From contig NC_058382.1 in assembly GCF_018350175.1 (NCBI RefSeq), positions 58,096,001-58,160,000 on the forward strand: 64,000 bases of DNA. Direction: 5' to 3'. Numbering within the stretch: the stretch's first letter is position 1; every line of letters begins with the position of its first letter. A program made the position numbers and the translations under genes. Shown here piece by piece: positions 23,860 through 36,542 of this stretch. Origin of the DNA: Felis catus (taxonomy: Eukaryota). The notes under the pieces were generated by a model. That model saw only the letters and a list, made by a program, of their open reading frames with translations. It was not told the origin of the DNA and did not search any database.

Positions 23860-24410
23860 AGCGCTCCCCGGCGGTGCCCGTCCCCTCCTGCCCGCCCTGG
23901 GGAGCCTGGCCCGTCACGCTCCCGCGCTGGCCTCCGCCTGCTGAAATATTTACCTCCGGGCGCCTCTGACAGCCGAGCTGTCTCCTGAAGCAAAGGTGAT
24001 TGGCCCGCCGATGTTGCGACGTGGCACTTTGTGTCTGCGCTCGACACGCAGCACGCTCCCCTCCGGCTGGGCCGGCTGGCGGGGCGGGCGCCGCGGGGAG
24101 GCGACAGCGGGCCGCTCGATCACGGGCGCCCGGGGGGGTTGACACCGGGAGGGCGCCAGGCTCCCCCTTTCCCGCCCCCGTCCCGGGCTGTCAGCCCAGC
24201 AGGCCCCCGGAGCGGCCGGGAAGGAACGCGACAGACCCACGACAGACCCACGACGGAAGCGGTCAGGGCAGCGGACACGGTGCGGGACTCCGTGGGGGAC
24301 TCTGCCGCGCGCTGTAGGTTTATGGGCGCGTTTCGCACCTGCCACCCGACGAGACGGGTGTTTTCGTCCCTTGTCAGTTGGAGACGCTGAGGCGCGGAGA
24401 GAGGGGCAGG
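23860..24410. promoter_or_regulatory. CpG-island-like block
   Basis: Dense CpG and GC boxes (ggggcggg) by eye; not computed. Confidence 0.5.
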
Positions 24411-24414
24411 CGTG

Positions 24415-24851
24415 CTGCGTGAGTGTCCTGGGGCTGCCGTGACCAAAGGCCACACGCCCTGAGGGAGGCGGGGGGCGGTGTTGGAACAGCAGAAACGTGT
24501 CCCTTCACAGTCTGGAGGAGGTGTGGGCAGGGCCGCGCTCCTCCCAAAGGCTCCCGGGCAGGATCCCTCCTGTCGCTCCCAGCTTCTGGTGTGGCCGGCC
24601 ATCCCGGGTGTCCCCTAGCTGGTGGCCGCATCCCTCCAGCCTCCGCCTCTGCCTTCACATGACCGCCTTCCCTCTGTATGTGTCTACAGCCAAAATCCCC
24701 CTCTTATATGGACGGCAAGCCTTAGATCAGGGCCTCCCTGGTCCGGTATGACCTCATCTTAATTATACGTGCAAAGACCCTGTTCCCATCTGAGGTCACG
24801 CAGGTTCCAGGTGGACATGCGTTTGGGGGGGGGGCACAGTTCACCCCAGTA
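24415..24851 (-). mobile_element. MLT1A/B-like solo LTR
   Basis: ggctgccgtgaccaaa...tcacagtctggagg...tatgacctcatcttaatta...gcaaagaccctgttccc...gaggtcac. Confidence 0.8.
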
Positions 24852-24869
24852 TGCTTGCCCCCAGTCACG

Positions 24870-25250
24870 TTACCAGATGCTGTTGGGCCCTGCTGACATC
24901 TGCTAAGCCCGCCCCAGAGCTCACCCTGTAGAGAAGTCCCTAGAACCCGATGGTTCCCGGATCTCTATGCTCCGCGCTGTTAGCTGGCTATGCCCCCACT
25001 CCGGGTAGGGGGTGACATCCCCGGGAGCGACTCCTACCCAGGAAGGAGAGGCGTTGGTGGATAAAACCCCTCCTCTGTGTCCTTGCCAGGGTCCCCAGCA
25101 GGCCTGCTCTAGGTGGCCCCTCTGTGGCCCTCCTCCCTTCCCCATCTCACCCTTTCACTGCTTCCCATCCTGGAATCTCCTCACAATCAAACCCCTGGCA
25201 CCTGAATCCTTGTCTCAGGCTCTGCTTCTGGGGGATTGCAAATTAAGACA
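24870..25250 (+). mobile_element. ERVL LTR16/LTR33-like solo LTR
   Basis: 3' terminus aatcaaa...gaatccttgtctcaggctctgcttctgggg...taagaca. Confidence 0.55.
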
Positions 25251-25329
25251 GTACAAACACTAAACAAAACAGCCCACAGGGGTAACTGAGAGTGTTTAAC
25301 CATCTAATGCCCGCAGCAGGCCCAGGGGG

Positions 25330-25731
25330 CAGGGTTGCCAGATTTAGAAAGAAAAACAAAACAGGAGCCCAGTTACATTTCAGCTCAAGATAAACAACGA
25401 ATACGGTTTTTTGTACAAGTATATCCCATGTAACATTTGGGATATACTCGTACTAAAAACTACTTTCTGCCTAGGATAGGGGAGGGGTGACGGAGAGGGA
25501 CAGCTGACGGCAGTGGGGTTTCTTTCTGGCGTGGCGTGTATATTCTAGTGGACCGTGGTGACAGTTGCCCAGCTCTACGAGTAGGCCAAAAACCATGGAA
25601 TTGCATACTTCAAATGGGTGAATTATATGTTATGGGAATTGGCTTAATAAAGCTGTTACGTTTCTATGTTATTCGGTGTTTATCTGAAATTTAAATTTCA
25701 CCCGGTACTCTGTATTTTATCCGGCAACCTT
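25330..25731. mobile_element. MER53 palindromic MITE split by an L1 fragment
   Basis: Left arm cagggttgccagatttag...gataaacaacgaata...tactaaaaa (25330-25467). Right arm ttattcggtgtttatctgaaatttaaattt...tgtattttatccggcaacct (25669-25731). The arms are reverse complementary. Confidence 0.8.
25468..25660 (+). mobile_element. L1M 3' terminal fragment
   Basis: ggggtttctttctgg...gtggtgacagttgc...aaaaaccatggaattgcatacttcaaatgggtgaattatatg...aataaagctgtt. Confidence 0.8.
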
Positions 25732-28700
25732 GTTAGGATCCCCAATTCACAGATGAGAAAACTGAGGCCCAGCCAGATAGCACAGCCAGGAAGCAGCAGA
25801 AGGGACTGGACCCCACCCAGGTGATCGATCGGCCTCCATAACGATTAGGGAACGCTGCCTCTGGGAAGCCGGCAGATCTCCCGGGGACGCGGAGTCTGAG
25901 GCCAGCAGGGGAGACAGAGGCCAGGCGGACGGACCCTCACAAAGACGCCTTTCTGTCCACCCAGAAGTGGGGCCTGTGCCTCTCAAGCGGCCGAATCCCG
26001 GCGTGGCTGGGCTTCCCTCTTCTCCCCTCTGTGCCTCCTTGGGCTCGGCCTCCTCCCTTTGACAGGACTGCAGGCTGGTCAGAGGGAGGAGGGTCGGACA
26101 GAGTCCAGGCAGGTGCCGCGGCTGCAGGCCAGCGGCTGAAACCCTACAGCTGCCTCCCGGAGCGCCCGAACCTGAGGCGTGCCACCCAGAAGGGGAGGAA
26201 CACGGTCGCCTCAGCTGGGTCTGGGGGCCCCTGGCCGCGTCAGGCCAGAGGGGAGGTGGCGGTCTACACCCTCCCCGGGCCGGAGGCCGCGCGACCTGAT
26301 GTCTGTGACTGACGCATCACCCCCTTTGAGTCTTGCTGGCAGTGGTGACTGACGTCACACAGCTCGGGCCCGCGCGGTTCCCGGCACACAGTAGGTGCTC
26401 AGGACCTGCTGCTTCACTCTGGAGCTGGAGGGCTGCTGGGGCCGCCAGAGGGTGTTCTGTTTACCTCGTTTGCAGAGATGACCCCCCCACCTGTTGCTCA
26501 CGGAGGCAGGTCTGGAACCTTCCGGGACAGCCCTTCTTCAGGCTGTGGGTGACTTGCAGTCCCGCAAAGGCCATGGGAGCCACACCCGTGAGAGAGCAGC
26601 CGACTCCAGGGCTCCAGTCCCTTCGGGGGTTCTGGTCCAGCACCAGGCAGCCCCCCAGCCTGGTGGCCGGGCCTGAGTCGGGGGCTTGCAGCGCCCCCCC
26701 CCCACCTCCCCGCCACCTCTCACCCTCCCCCAGCAGGTGGGCGTCATCGCAGCCAGAGGGCAGCGGGGGCTTGGCCGCCAGCCCCGGGGTCCCTTCATGC
26801 TGGTCCCACCCTGTCTGGGGCCCGACGGAGGGCTTTAGGTCGTGATGCAGGCAGCAGTGGAATCCGCCCCCCGCCCCCCCTCCCAGGGACCTTCCCGATG
26901 CTTCTGCACTTAACGTACGTGCAGGCAAAGGGATTAATGAAATGCCCCCACCCCTCGCATCAGGCTGGCGGGCTTGGGTCGTGCAGTTTTGCTGGCCTCC
27001 CCAGGACAGTGACTCTTGAACCGCCTGGCACAGGAAGCTGGCCTCCAGGTGGTCCAGGAAGGCCCCTGTCCTGCCTGCTGCCCACAGACTTCCTCGAGGG
27101 TGGGAGCCGGCCAGGGGGCAGCGGGAGCGGGACGGAAGGAGGTCAGGGCCTGAGAAATGAAACGTTCGTGAATGTAGGCCCGGCGCTCACAAAGTAGGGC
27201 AGAGCCATTAGAGCTCATTAAAGTTTAATACCTGTCGGAGCCCCTGTGGCCCCGGCAGACACAGTTCTAATGCGATGGGTGGAGAGGGGAATTCTCAAAC
27301 CATCGCGGAGGCGGGGGGCTTGCTTTACTCTTTGCTCCTATGAACAGCAAGAGGACAGTAAGGGTTTGAGCTCCACCAGCCGCTGATTGGGTGGGCTCTT
27401 GGGGGGGGGGGGTCTGCCCCGGGACTGTCCCCTGGGGCTGCTGCGTTTGTCCCGGACAGGCCTTCCCCTCCTCTCCCTCTGCGGTTGGTTCACCTCAGGG
27501 CTCCTGGCCCTGCCGGCAGCCGGGTGTGGGCTCCCCCTGCAAGCCCCTGGGGGACTCAGCATCAGCTCAGCTCATCTGTCTTAGCCAGAGTGGAAAACCC
27601 CTCATCTCCCCCCCCTGCACGTTTTCCTGCAGCGAAGTAAACCTTCCCCGTCCCGTGTCGCACCGCCTGCAGGAAGCCAGCCTTCCCTGGGCACGGAGAA
27701 CACCCTCCGTGCTGGCCCCGCCCCCTTCCGTCAGCATACCGAGCTCAGCGGAGGGCAGGCTGGAAGCATCCTGGAAGTCTTCCTGGAGGAGGTAGCGCTC
27801 TAGTCGGGTCTCGAAGGACATGCATGGGAATTAGCTGGGAGTTCGCAGTCGGGGACGGTGAGCATGTGGGGAAGGCAGAGGCGTGGGCGCGTCGAGGAAG
27901 GGAGGCTGGGGGGTTGGGCCACAGCAGGCGGCAGCAAGGTGGGAGATGAGCCGGAAGGAGGGCCTGGGGCGAGTCGGGACCGGCCCTGCGTGCCAGGCAG
28001 AGTTTGGACATTGCCCTGACCCCTGGTCTGAGAATCGAATGGATCCAGCTCGGAATAACCTAAGCCTGGGCAGCCAGGACTTGAGGAGAGTGTTGGCTAT
28101 GGAGCGCGTTACAAAGGAAAGGAAGGAAGAGACTGAGATTATGACGTCCCTCCCGAGCAGCAGGCTCTTCCGTGTGAGAAGGTTGGCATGAGTCTCCCCA
28201 TCTCACGGGTGGACAGACTGAGGCCAGTGCGCGGGTCCGGTCTGCCCTAGGGCGGAGCGGGAGGAATGCAAAGGAGCGTCTCTGGGCGGGCAGGCCCGGC
28301 CGTGCTGGACACAGGCTGGCATGTGCACCAGCCGGAGACACCCTCCCGTGGCCGGTGCCCAGGCCTGCGGCTCCGGCTTCTGGCCGGGCGCCATGCCCAG
28401 CCCTCACCGCAGCGGCCCCAACGCTCCATTCTCACCAGGGCTCCCCAGAAAACCCTTTGCATCTTTCGGCTCACCCTTAATAAATGCTCCCTCCATCTGT
28501 CACCTCCGCCCTCCCCTGCCCACACTCTCCGGGGGCCTGCCCAGAACAGCTCCGAAATCATCCACCGCCTGCCTGCTCCCGGCTTCCTCCTGGCCCGCTG
28601 CCGCCGTCCCCGCGCCGCCCTCCCCGGGCCTCAGCCCCGTTCCCAGCCTGGCCCGGAGCAGAGCGAGCCCAGAATAGATCTAGAGAGAGGGGAAAGCCAC

Positions 28701-31099
28701 AGCGTGCAGGCCTGCAGAGGGATGTCTCGGGGAGTCCTGCGGGACCTGGGGTCGCCCCACACTAGACCCAAGACCCCCACCCCGAGCACGGTCCGCTGAG
28801 CTCCGAGGTGCCCTGGGGTTTTTCCTGCTTCCTCTGGAACGTTCTCTCAGGTATTAACAGGGCTGTGGAGAGCGTCCTGTCAGACCCAGCCTCGGCCCGT
28901 CCTGCTCGCTCACAGCTCACGGTCCACAGGGAGGCCCCCCTCGGGTCCCCTGGGAAGAAGGTGGGGTATAGACAGCCCCTTGCCTTCAGCCCTAGCCCCC
29001 CAGCCTCCCCCAGCCTCTTCCACGCAGGCTCAGGCGCCGGTGGGGGGAGCGAGCGAGTGTATCTTGTTTTAAGAGACAGGAAACATTCGGCCACGGGCCC
29101 CAGCGCAGACGGGCCCCCGAGTGAACTCCAGACCAAAGCAGATCTGCCTCCCCTGTGGTGCCGGCTCCCTGCCCGAGAGCCCCGCAGCACCCACTGCCCG
29201 CTGTGTGCGGGAGCCGCCCCCCCACCCCCCGCCCCCGGCACCCCTGCAGCCGCGGCCAGAGGCCCTCTGCCCACCGCCAGGCGCCAGCCAAGGAACCCAG
29301 CTGGCCCAGGGCCCTGGCGGTGCTCTCTGCTCCCCGACCTGAGAAGGGGGAGGCTGTGTGCGGTCTGGGGTGGCCGGGCCATTTCTGACTTGTCCCAAGG
29401 GCTCGGGGCCACCGTCTAGGGACTGCCCGCCTGGAACGGGGCTGCGTGGGGGTCACAGGCCCACGGGGGGCTGGAGCCACAGGAGGCCATGCCTAGAAAG
29501 CGGGTACCGCCTGTGACCCTGGAGGCAGCGAGCTTCAGATGACAGGGAGAGGGAGGGAGAGAGCCAGGGACCAGGAAGGGACCCGCTGGCTAAAGCGGGG
29601 TGCAGGGGGGCGTATGGAGCCAGCACCCTGGGGCCCTCCCTGGCTCCCTGGCTCCCTGTGAAGTCCTGTGGGGAGGAAAGGGAGGGGTGAGGCTTGCCTT
29701 CCTCACACACGCGGTCCTCATACCTTCTCTTGCCCCCTGACAGAGCAGACCTTTTCCTCCCTTTCCCAGACGGGGAAGTAGACAGCAGCTCAGAGAGGCA
29801 GAGTGTGGGACCCAGAGCCACCCAGCAAGGCTTGCCGGCCCCAAACCCCTGCCTCTGCACACACGCACACACACACACACTCCTTTGTGTCTGCCCCCTG
29901 CTGTGGGTGTGGGGCTGTCCCCTCCCACCCCACAGCCCACAAGCAGGTGCCTGGTGGCCGTGTCTCCTTGCATCGTCCCCGCCCAGAGCACGTGGTCCCC
30001 GTGGCCCGTCTCTTGGAGGGACTAATTCTGGAAACGGAGCCCTCCTCCCAGCTTCTGGAGCTGTCACGTCCGAATTCACGAGGTTCCAAAGTCACCTTCT
30101 GGGCAGGGAGCCTAGGTTTCTGACTCAGCTCCTGGGCCTCCCCAGAGCTGCTGACGGCGAGGGCGGCACCACCTGCCGGCCGAGCCGCCATCTGGCCCCA
30201 CTCAAGGACACCCGTCAGCTTCACATCTGGGGCGTCTTCGCTCCAGCTTCTCTGGGGACCTGCTGGCCTTGTGCTTTAGGATTAAAATGACAAGGGAAGG
30301 GAGCCCCTCCGGCAGGTCTGATTTATTCCAGGCGGTCCCCTGGGACCCTCCCCGAAGCCCTCACGGAAGGAGGCGTGAGGCTTCCACAGCGAGAGCTGCC
30401 CCCCACCCCCCTGCAATTAGCTTTACAAAATCCCGAGGCCCGGGCTCCATCCAAACTCCGGGTCAAAGCTTCTGGGTGATTCCGCGTGCCACCCAGGCGA
30501 GAGCCTCGTGTAGATGCACCTCGGCATTCAGCCAGGTGGCTGCGGTTCAAACCCCAGGGAGTGGTGTCGCCTCTCTGTGCCTCCGTGTCCTCATCTGCAA
30601 AACGGGCGTGGCGGTGGTACTGACTCCCACGGACGGTGGTGAGGGTTCGATGAGTTAATGCACGCGAAGAGCCGAAGTGCCCCCTGGGTGTGTGGGGTGG
30701 GAGTGTTAGCAAAGTCATTCTTCGTCACGGGGGGAAGCCGGGCAGAGACGTGAGAACCCACTCCCTCCCAGGTCAGGAGGCGGGGGCTTGGAGGTGGCCG
30801 GGCTGGGTTCAGTCTGAGCCCCACTGCTGGCTGCCTTTGGGAAAATGGTGGCATCCCCGTCCGCATCTGCGGAGTGGGGATATACCTGTCGCCCAGGGCT
30901 GTGGCAGGAATAGATCGAGGTAACACAGACCTCAGTGTCCCCAGCTGTGAAATGGGAGCGTAGGCTAGGATCCAGAGACCAGTTTCAGACGCCTGCAACT
31001 CCGGTGTCGTAGCTGAGAGGGCGAATCGGACCGCTCAGCCTGATGCGGGTTCCTGGGCCAGGGGACAACGTCCCTCCCTGTCGCTCGGTCCTGCTCGGA

Positions 31100-31290
31100 G
31101 GAGCATGTGCGCCTGTGTGTTTAGATGTGTGCGGACACGTACGTGACGAGTGTGGTGTGCAGTTGTGCATATGTGGCCGCGTGCCATGTATGACTCGTGT
31201 GCGTGCCGTGTGCACAAATGTGTGTGCTCCATGTAAATACGTGTGTGTGCGTCTTTGCACACACATGTGGATGTCGCGTGTGCCGCGCAG
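31100..31290. repeat. Degenerate (TG)n low-complexity tract
   Basis: Mostly alternating purine-pyrimidine sequence. Confidence 0.7.
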
Positions 31291-31537
31291 TGAGGGGCCC
31301 TCCCGAGGGGCGTCAGCCTCCCCTCCCGACCCTCACACTCACAGGGAGCTGCCTGGTTCGAAGGCCCGGCCAGGGTGCCCCCCAGATCCGAGCCCCCCCG
31401 CCCCTGCCCGCCACCCCGATAGGGGCCCCAGAAAGCTGTGCTTCCAAGGGGGGTTCCGTCCCCAGGGGCTGCAGGGACCTCAACCATGTCTCACTGCAAA
31501 ACAGTAAGCATTTGGCAAAGGATAAATAAAAAGAACA

Positions 31538-31695
31538 GGGGTGCCTGGGGGGCTCATCCAGTTAAGTTCAGCTTCGGTCAGGTCATGATCTCACAGCTCG
31601 TGGGTTCGAGCCCCACGTCGGGCTCTGTGCTGACAGCCGGGAGCCTGCTTCCGATTCTGTGTCTCCCTCTCTCCCTGCCCCTCCCCTGCTCATGC

Positions 31696-31731
<36 letters not shown>

Positions 31732-31751
31732 AAAAATAAATAAAACATTAA
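31538..31751 (+). mobile_element. Feline Can-SINE (diverged)
   Basis: ggggtgcctggggggctc...caggtcatgatctc...gggttcgagcccc...(CT)n caaaaataaataaaacatta. Confidence 0.93.
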
Positions 31752-34139
31752 GAGGAAGCAGAAAACGACTCCCACATCCCCACACCGGCCTCGGGAAGAA
31801 GGCATTGCCAGCATGGCTGTGCCCCCTCTGAGTTCCCTCTCCCCCGCCTCTGGTCCCCGCAGGCTCCGGGATAAGCCTTACCGGTTTTCCCGGCTCTCCT
31901 GCCTCGATTTCCTACCAAGCTTTGTTGGCGTGAGTTCACTGAGCACCTGCTAAGTACCAAGCATTGCCCTGGGCATGGGGGATACAGCAGTCAGTGGAGC
32001 AGATCACGGCCCTGCCTTGTGGGTGCACGAGTGCAGGTATTCTAGAGAGTTCGGGCGAGGAACAAGCAAGGCACATGTGGGAGGCTTCTAGAACGACCCC
32101 TGCAGGTAGGAAACGCTGTTCCCTCCCACCTCCCATTTTGCCGGTGGCCGAGAGGTCACTGCCGGCCAGGTGCAGACCCTGGACCCACGGGCGCACCTCG
32201 CAGCCGGGCTCCGGAGAGCTTGCCCTGGGAGCAGCGCCCGTGGCCCTGGGACCCGTCGGGTCAGCCCGCCGCAGGCAGCGGCCCCGAGTGAACCCAGGCA
32301 GCCTGGGCGTCCTGGCCACCCTGAGCCACCGACAGTTAGCGATGGCGTAACCAAGCCAGCACCTTGAATAATTAATGCCAATTCCTCAAAAGTCAAGAAA
32401 AAACATGGAATTGGCCACCGAAGATTGCGCCAGCCCTCCCCCCTCTGCTGAGACTTTGAGATCATCAACGGTAATGGGAAGGCCCGGAGTGCGTGTGCGT
32501 GTGTGTGCATGTGTGTGTGTGGCCGTGTGTGTGACCGTGGGGGTGGGGGGGGGGGGCTTGGAAGGAGACTCTGGCCAACCGGGCCCAAACCACGCAAATG
32601 CCTGTTTGCAGGAGGAGGCGGCTGGGCCTGAGGCCTGCTTTGCATACCCAAATGAGCTGGAGTGCAAATCCAGAGACCCTGCACTCCTGTGGCCCCCCAG
32701 GGACCCCTCCCTGCCCAAGACCTGCGCGCGGGTTCCAAACCGCGGGCGTGGGAGTGCGGGGCAGGCGGTGCCCGGGGACGGGAGCTGGCTCTCTGACCCC
32801 CGCCAGGTGGGCGCGGTGGCAGGGAGGGGGCCGTGGGGACCCCGCCCGGGCAGGGGAGAGAGGGAGTGAGCCTGATGTCATGCATTATTCAGCAGCTCCT
32901 GATTTCACATTATTCTCCCTGATACTTTTACAACCTGTCAGTAAATAAAAAGATTCTACATTATTTATAGAAACGGAGCAGAATTGGCCACGAGGATTTA
33001 GTATTGCTATTATTAGAGAGTCCTTGGGACCACGGGGACGCGGTGGGGCGGGGGGGGGGTCAGAGACACTGCCGCCCCAGCCGGAGGGGAGCGCAGTTTG
33101 ACTTGCCGACCTCAAAGGTACGTGGCTACCTTCTTTGGGGGCGCCCCCCCCCAAACTCAGGCACCGGCTAAACCGGCTGGCCCGGAGGCAGGTGGCTGTC
33201 TACCTGGCTGGCAGGTGGGTCCCCCCCGGGGAAGACTGACACCTGTCTTGGCAGCTCGGCCCCTTCGGGGGGCAGGCGGCCGTGGCTGCGGCCACAAGGT
33301 GGTGAGAGGGGACCACCCGGGAGAGAGAAAGGGTGCTGGGTGCCCCGGGGGCCGTGTGCTGAGTGAGGCATCGCAGGACGTGTAGGAGGCTCTCCTCCCC
33401 GAGTGTTTATGGAGCACCTTCTGTATACACAAGGCTTCGCTCACAGCGTCCGGGACAAGGCGTGTGCCCCCCAGGCGTGTGTTGCGTTGACAGTCCCTTT
33501 GTCCTCCCGCTGTCAGGCCGCGGGTCCAGTGGGGGTTTTGGAAACGGCAACAGCAGACCGTTCAGAGGACGGACGACCTCTGGTGCCCCACTCTCCACGT
33601 TCACGGACGCTGGATCCTGCCCCGGGCGCTTGCCCTGCTGAGGCCTGGGCTCCCGTACGAGGCACATGCTGCTGGGCACACCGGCCACCAGCCTGCTGTG
33701 AGAGCAGCGTTTCTCGGTCTGGGTTCCAGCAGCTCGCTCCTGCGTCCGCGCCCGGTCACTTCCCCACGGGGCTCGCCTCGGGATGACCGTGAGTCCTGAG
33801 TGCCGCACGCTGGGTTTCTCAGAACCGGAGCCTGGTCGGAGGGGGCAGCCATCTCCCCCCCCGCCCCCCGCCAGTCCTCCGGTCCCCAACCTGAGAACCC
33901 CGGGCCCAGAGAGGGCAAGAACTGTATGCCGTTCCCCCGTGAGCCCAGCGTTCGGCACACAGTGGGTGCCCTACGGTGTCTGGTGTGGAGTTGGGCAAGA
34001 AAGGTCCCCGTCCTGGCGGGGGTGGGGGGCAAGCCTGTGGGTCCCCAGATGGGAAGCAGCCTGCTGTCGGGACCACGGCATTTCCCAAACTGAGCCCAGA
34101 TTTCCTGCGCCAAGAACCCCCCCCTCCCCCACCGAGCTG

Positions 34140-34360
34140 TGACCCAGGTATCGGCCGGGACTGTGGGCTTATCTCTAGGACCCGTTTCCAGCTTCACTGG
34201 CAGGACTCGGCTCCTTGAGCGCTGTTGGACCCAGGGCCTCAGTCCCTTGCTGGATGTTGGCTGGCGGCCTCCCTTGGCTCCTTGCCACGTGGCCCTCTCC
34301 CACGTGGCGGCCCCCAGCGTGGCAGTCTGCCTCATGGAAGCGAGAAGCCGGGAAGGCAAG
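34140..34360 (-). mobile_element. Old MLT1 (F/G/H-like) LTR fragment
   Basis: ggcctcagtcccttgctggatgttggc...ctccttgccacgtggccctctcc. Confidence 0.5.
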
Positions 34361-34919
34361 AGAGCAGGCGTCGGCGGGAGAGGGGGGCTGCGGTCTCCGT
34401 AAACTCATCCGGGCGGGGACGTCCAATGTCGCTTTGCGCTCTGCTCCTTGGAGGTCAGTCCCTAGGCCCAGCCCCTCGCTGAAGGGGCCCGAACCCAGGA
34501 CGGGGGGGGGGGGGGGGAGGACTGGCCAAGCGGTCCCAGCGATGAGCATTCCGAGAACAGAGGGTCGCCGAGCCGGTTGACCTTGGGGTGTTGACGTGTG
34601 TGCCTTGCTTGGTGTTTACGGGGATCGTCGGGGATTCGGGGGACGGGTCTGCTAAGGCACGGGGAGCACGAGGTGAGGTCGAAGGGCTCGCCCTTGGCCC
34701 CTGCAGGCAGCGCCCCGCCGGCCCCCCTGGCCCTCCGGGCGTCGGGGTGGGCTCCCCCATTTGTGGGCCCAGGTGCCTTCCCACGGGCCTGCCACCCAGG
34801 CCACGGCTTCAAGCCCCCGTTGTCCCAGCAGATGTCACTCGGGAGCCCCCGATTCGCGGATGAAGTGATTAGGGACGTAAGGGGAGTGACTACAGGATAT
34901 GAAGCTGCAAACTCTAGAC

Positions 34920-35362
34920 CCCGCGTCCTGGGGCGACCGTCACAAACTCAGTGGAGGAAGACAACAGACATTTACTCGGTCGCGGTTCAGGAGGCCAGGA
35001 GGCCAGATTCAGTCCGCGGGTGAAACCAAGGAGGGTTTCCTGGTGGCGGGGGTGCTCTGGGGCATCGGTCCCTGGCCTCTCTCGGCCGCTACATCCCAGC
35101 CTCTGAAGCCAGCCTCGTCCAGCCTCTGCTCTGTCCTCACGTGGCCTTCTGTGGCCATCAAGGCTCCCTGTGCCTCCCTCTTAAAAGGATGCATGTGACT
35201 GCATTTTGGTTGATCCGGGCTAATCCCCCTCATTCAGAGCCTTAATTTCACCACACCTGCAGACTCCTTTTTTTGTTTGTTTGTGGTTTTTTTGCTCTAT
35301 GTGGTAGCGTCTTTACCCTGGCCCTAGGTTCCAGGGCCTAGGACACGGACATCTTTGGGAGG
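34920..35362 (-). mobile_element. MLT1 solo LTR
   Basis: caacagacatttactc...ggaggccaggagg...ccttaatttcaccacacctgcagactcc...ggttccaggg...ggacatctttgg. Confidence 0.7.
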
Positions 35363-36083
35363 AAGCCAGCCCTGGCTTCCATTTGTTCAGGTGCGGTTGC
35401 AAAGCTGAACCTTTGACCTACGCGTACGAAGTCAGGTTTCTGCTCACGGCAGTCCTGGCTTCTGGAAGGTTCCATGCGGCTGGGACGAGCCCCAGCTGCT
35501 CTGCTTGCCTCGTGGCTGGCCCGGGGGGGTCAGATGCTTGTTCCTGTTTGACGGCCCTTGTGTTTCCACACATCCTGCCAAGCAGCTGTGACACTTAGTG
35601 GCTGTCATGCTCCAGTGGGTGGCTGGGTCCCTGGCCCCCAGCCCCGGGAGGGCAGAGCCAGGCGTGGGGTCTGCACGGTAGCGAACAGCACGGGGAGGCT
35701 GGCTGTTCCCCCCGCCCCCTCAGGCAGGAGCCCTGTTTTCTGAGCTCCCCGTGGGGGGGACGCTATGGGACGCCTGTGTCCTGAAGGAGAACCCGCGGTA
35801 GCTGGGGTGTCCGTCGGGGGTTGGGGGGGGGATGAGCAGCAGCTTCAAGGACTTCGACCCGGGAGGGGCGGCCCTGGGCACTAGAACGGGACGTTGCTGA
35901 AGACACGGAAGATCGATGTCCCCACCTCCGCAGCTGTCATCCCCGAGGACAGTAGGCCACTGCTGCAGTTGAGTTTGGAAAGGCCGCCTTTAACCGTGAG
36001 TGTCCGTGACACCCGATACCAGGGGCTATAGTCCCGGGGTCCCTGTGGCCTCCAGACTGCCTTGTCCATGCACTCGCTGACAA

Positions 36084-36302
36084 TTTTTCTTTTTTAACAT
36101 TTAATTATTTTAGAGAGAGAGAGACACACACAGAGTGCAAGTGGGAAGGGGCAGGGAGAGGGAGACACCGAATCGGAAGCAGGCTCCAGGCTCCGAGCCG
36201 TCAGCACAGAGCCCGACGCGGGGCTCGAACCCACGAACCGTGAGATTCGTGACCTGAGCCAAAGTCGGACGCTTTACCGACTGAGGCCCCCCAGGCGCCC
36301 CC
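36084..36302 (-). mobile_element. Feline Can-SINE (first of tandem pair)
   Basis: Full reverse-complement SINE; no clear TSD seen. Confidence 0.95.
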
Positions 36303-36317
36303 ACACAGTCGCTTTTA

Positions 36318-36542
36318 TTTATTTATTTATTTATTTATTTGTGTTAAATGTTTATTTCTGAGACAGAGACAGAGCGTGAGCAGGGGGAAGGGCAGAGAGA
36401 GAGGGAGACACAGAATCTGAAACAGGCTCCAGGCTCCGAGCCATCAGCACAGAGCCCGACGCGGGGCTCGAACCCACAGACCGCGAGATCACGACCCGAG
36501 CCGAAGTCGGACGCTTCACCGACGGGGCCCCCCAGGCGCCCC
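36318..36542 (-). mobile_element. Feline Can-SINE with (TTTA)n tail (second of pair)
   Basis: TSD acac(a/g)gtcgctttta at 36303-36317 and 36543-36557. Confidence 0.95.

Noticed and set aside
25646..25651. AATAAA as a gene polyadenylation signal (also in SINE tails)
   Set aside because: Belongs to the L1/SINE 3' ends; no upstream terminal exon evident.
35832..35900. Coding-looking short ORF MSSSFKDFDPGGAALGTRTGRC
   Set aside because: Only 22 codons, with no supporting splice signals or recognisable homology.
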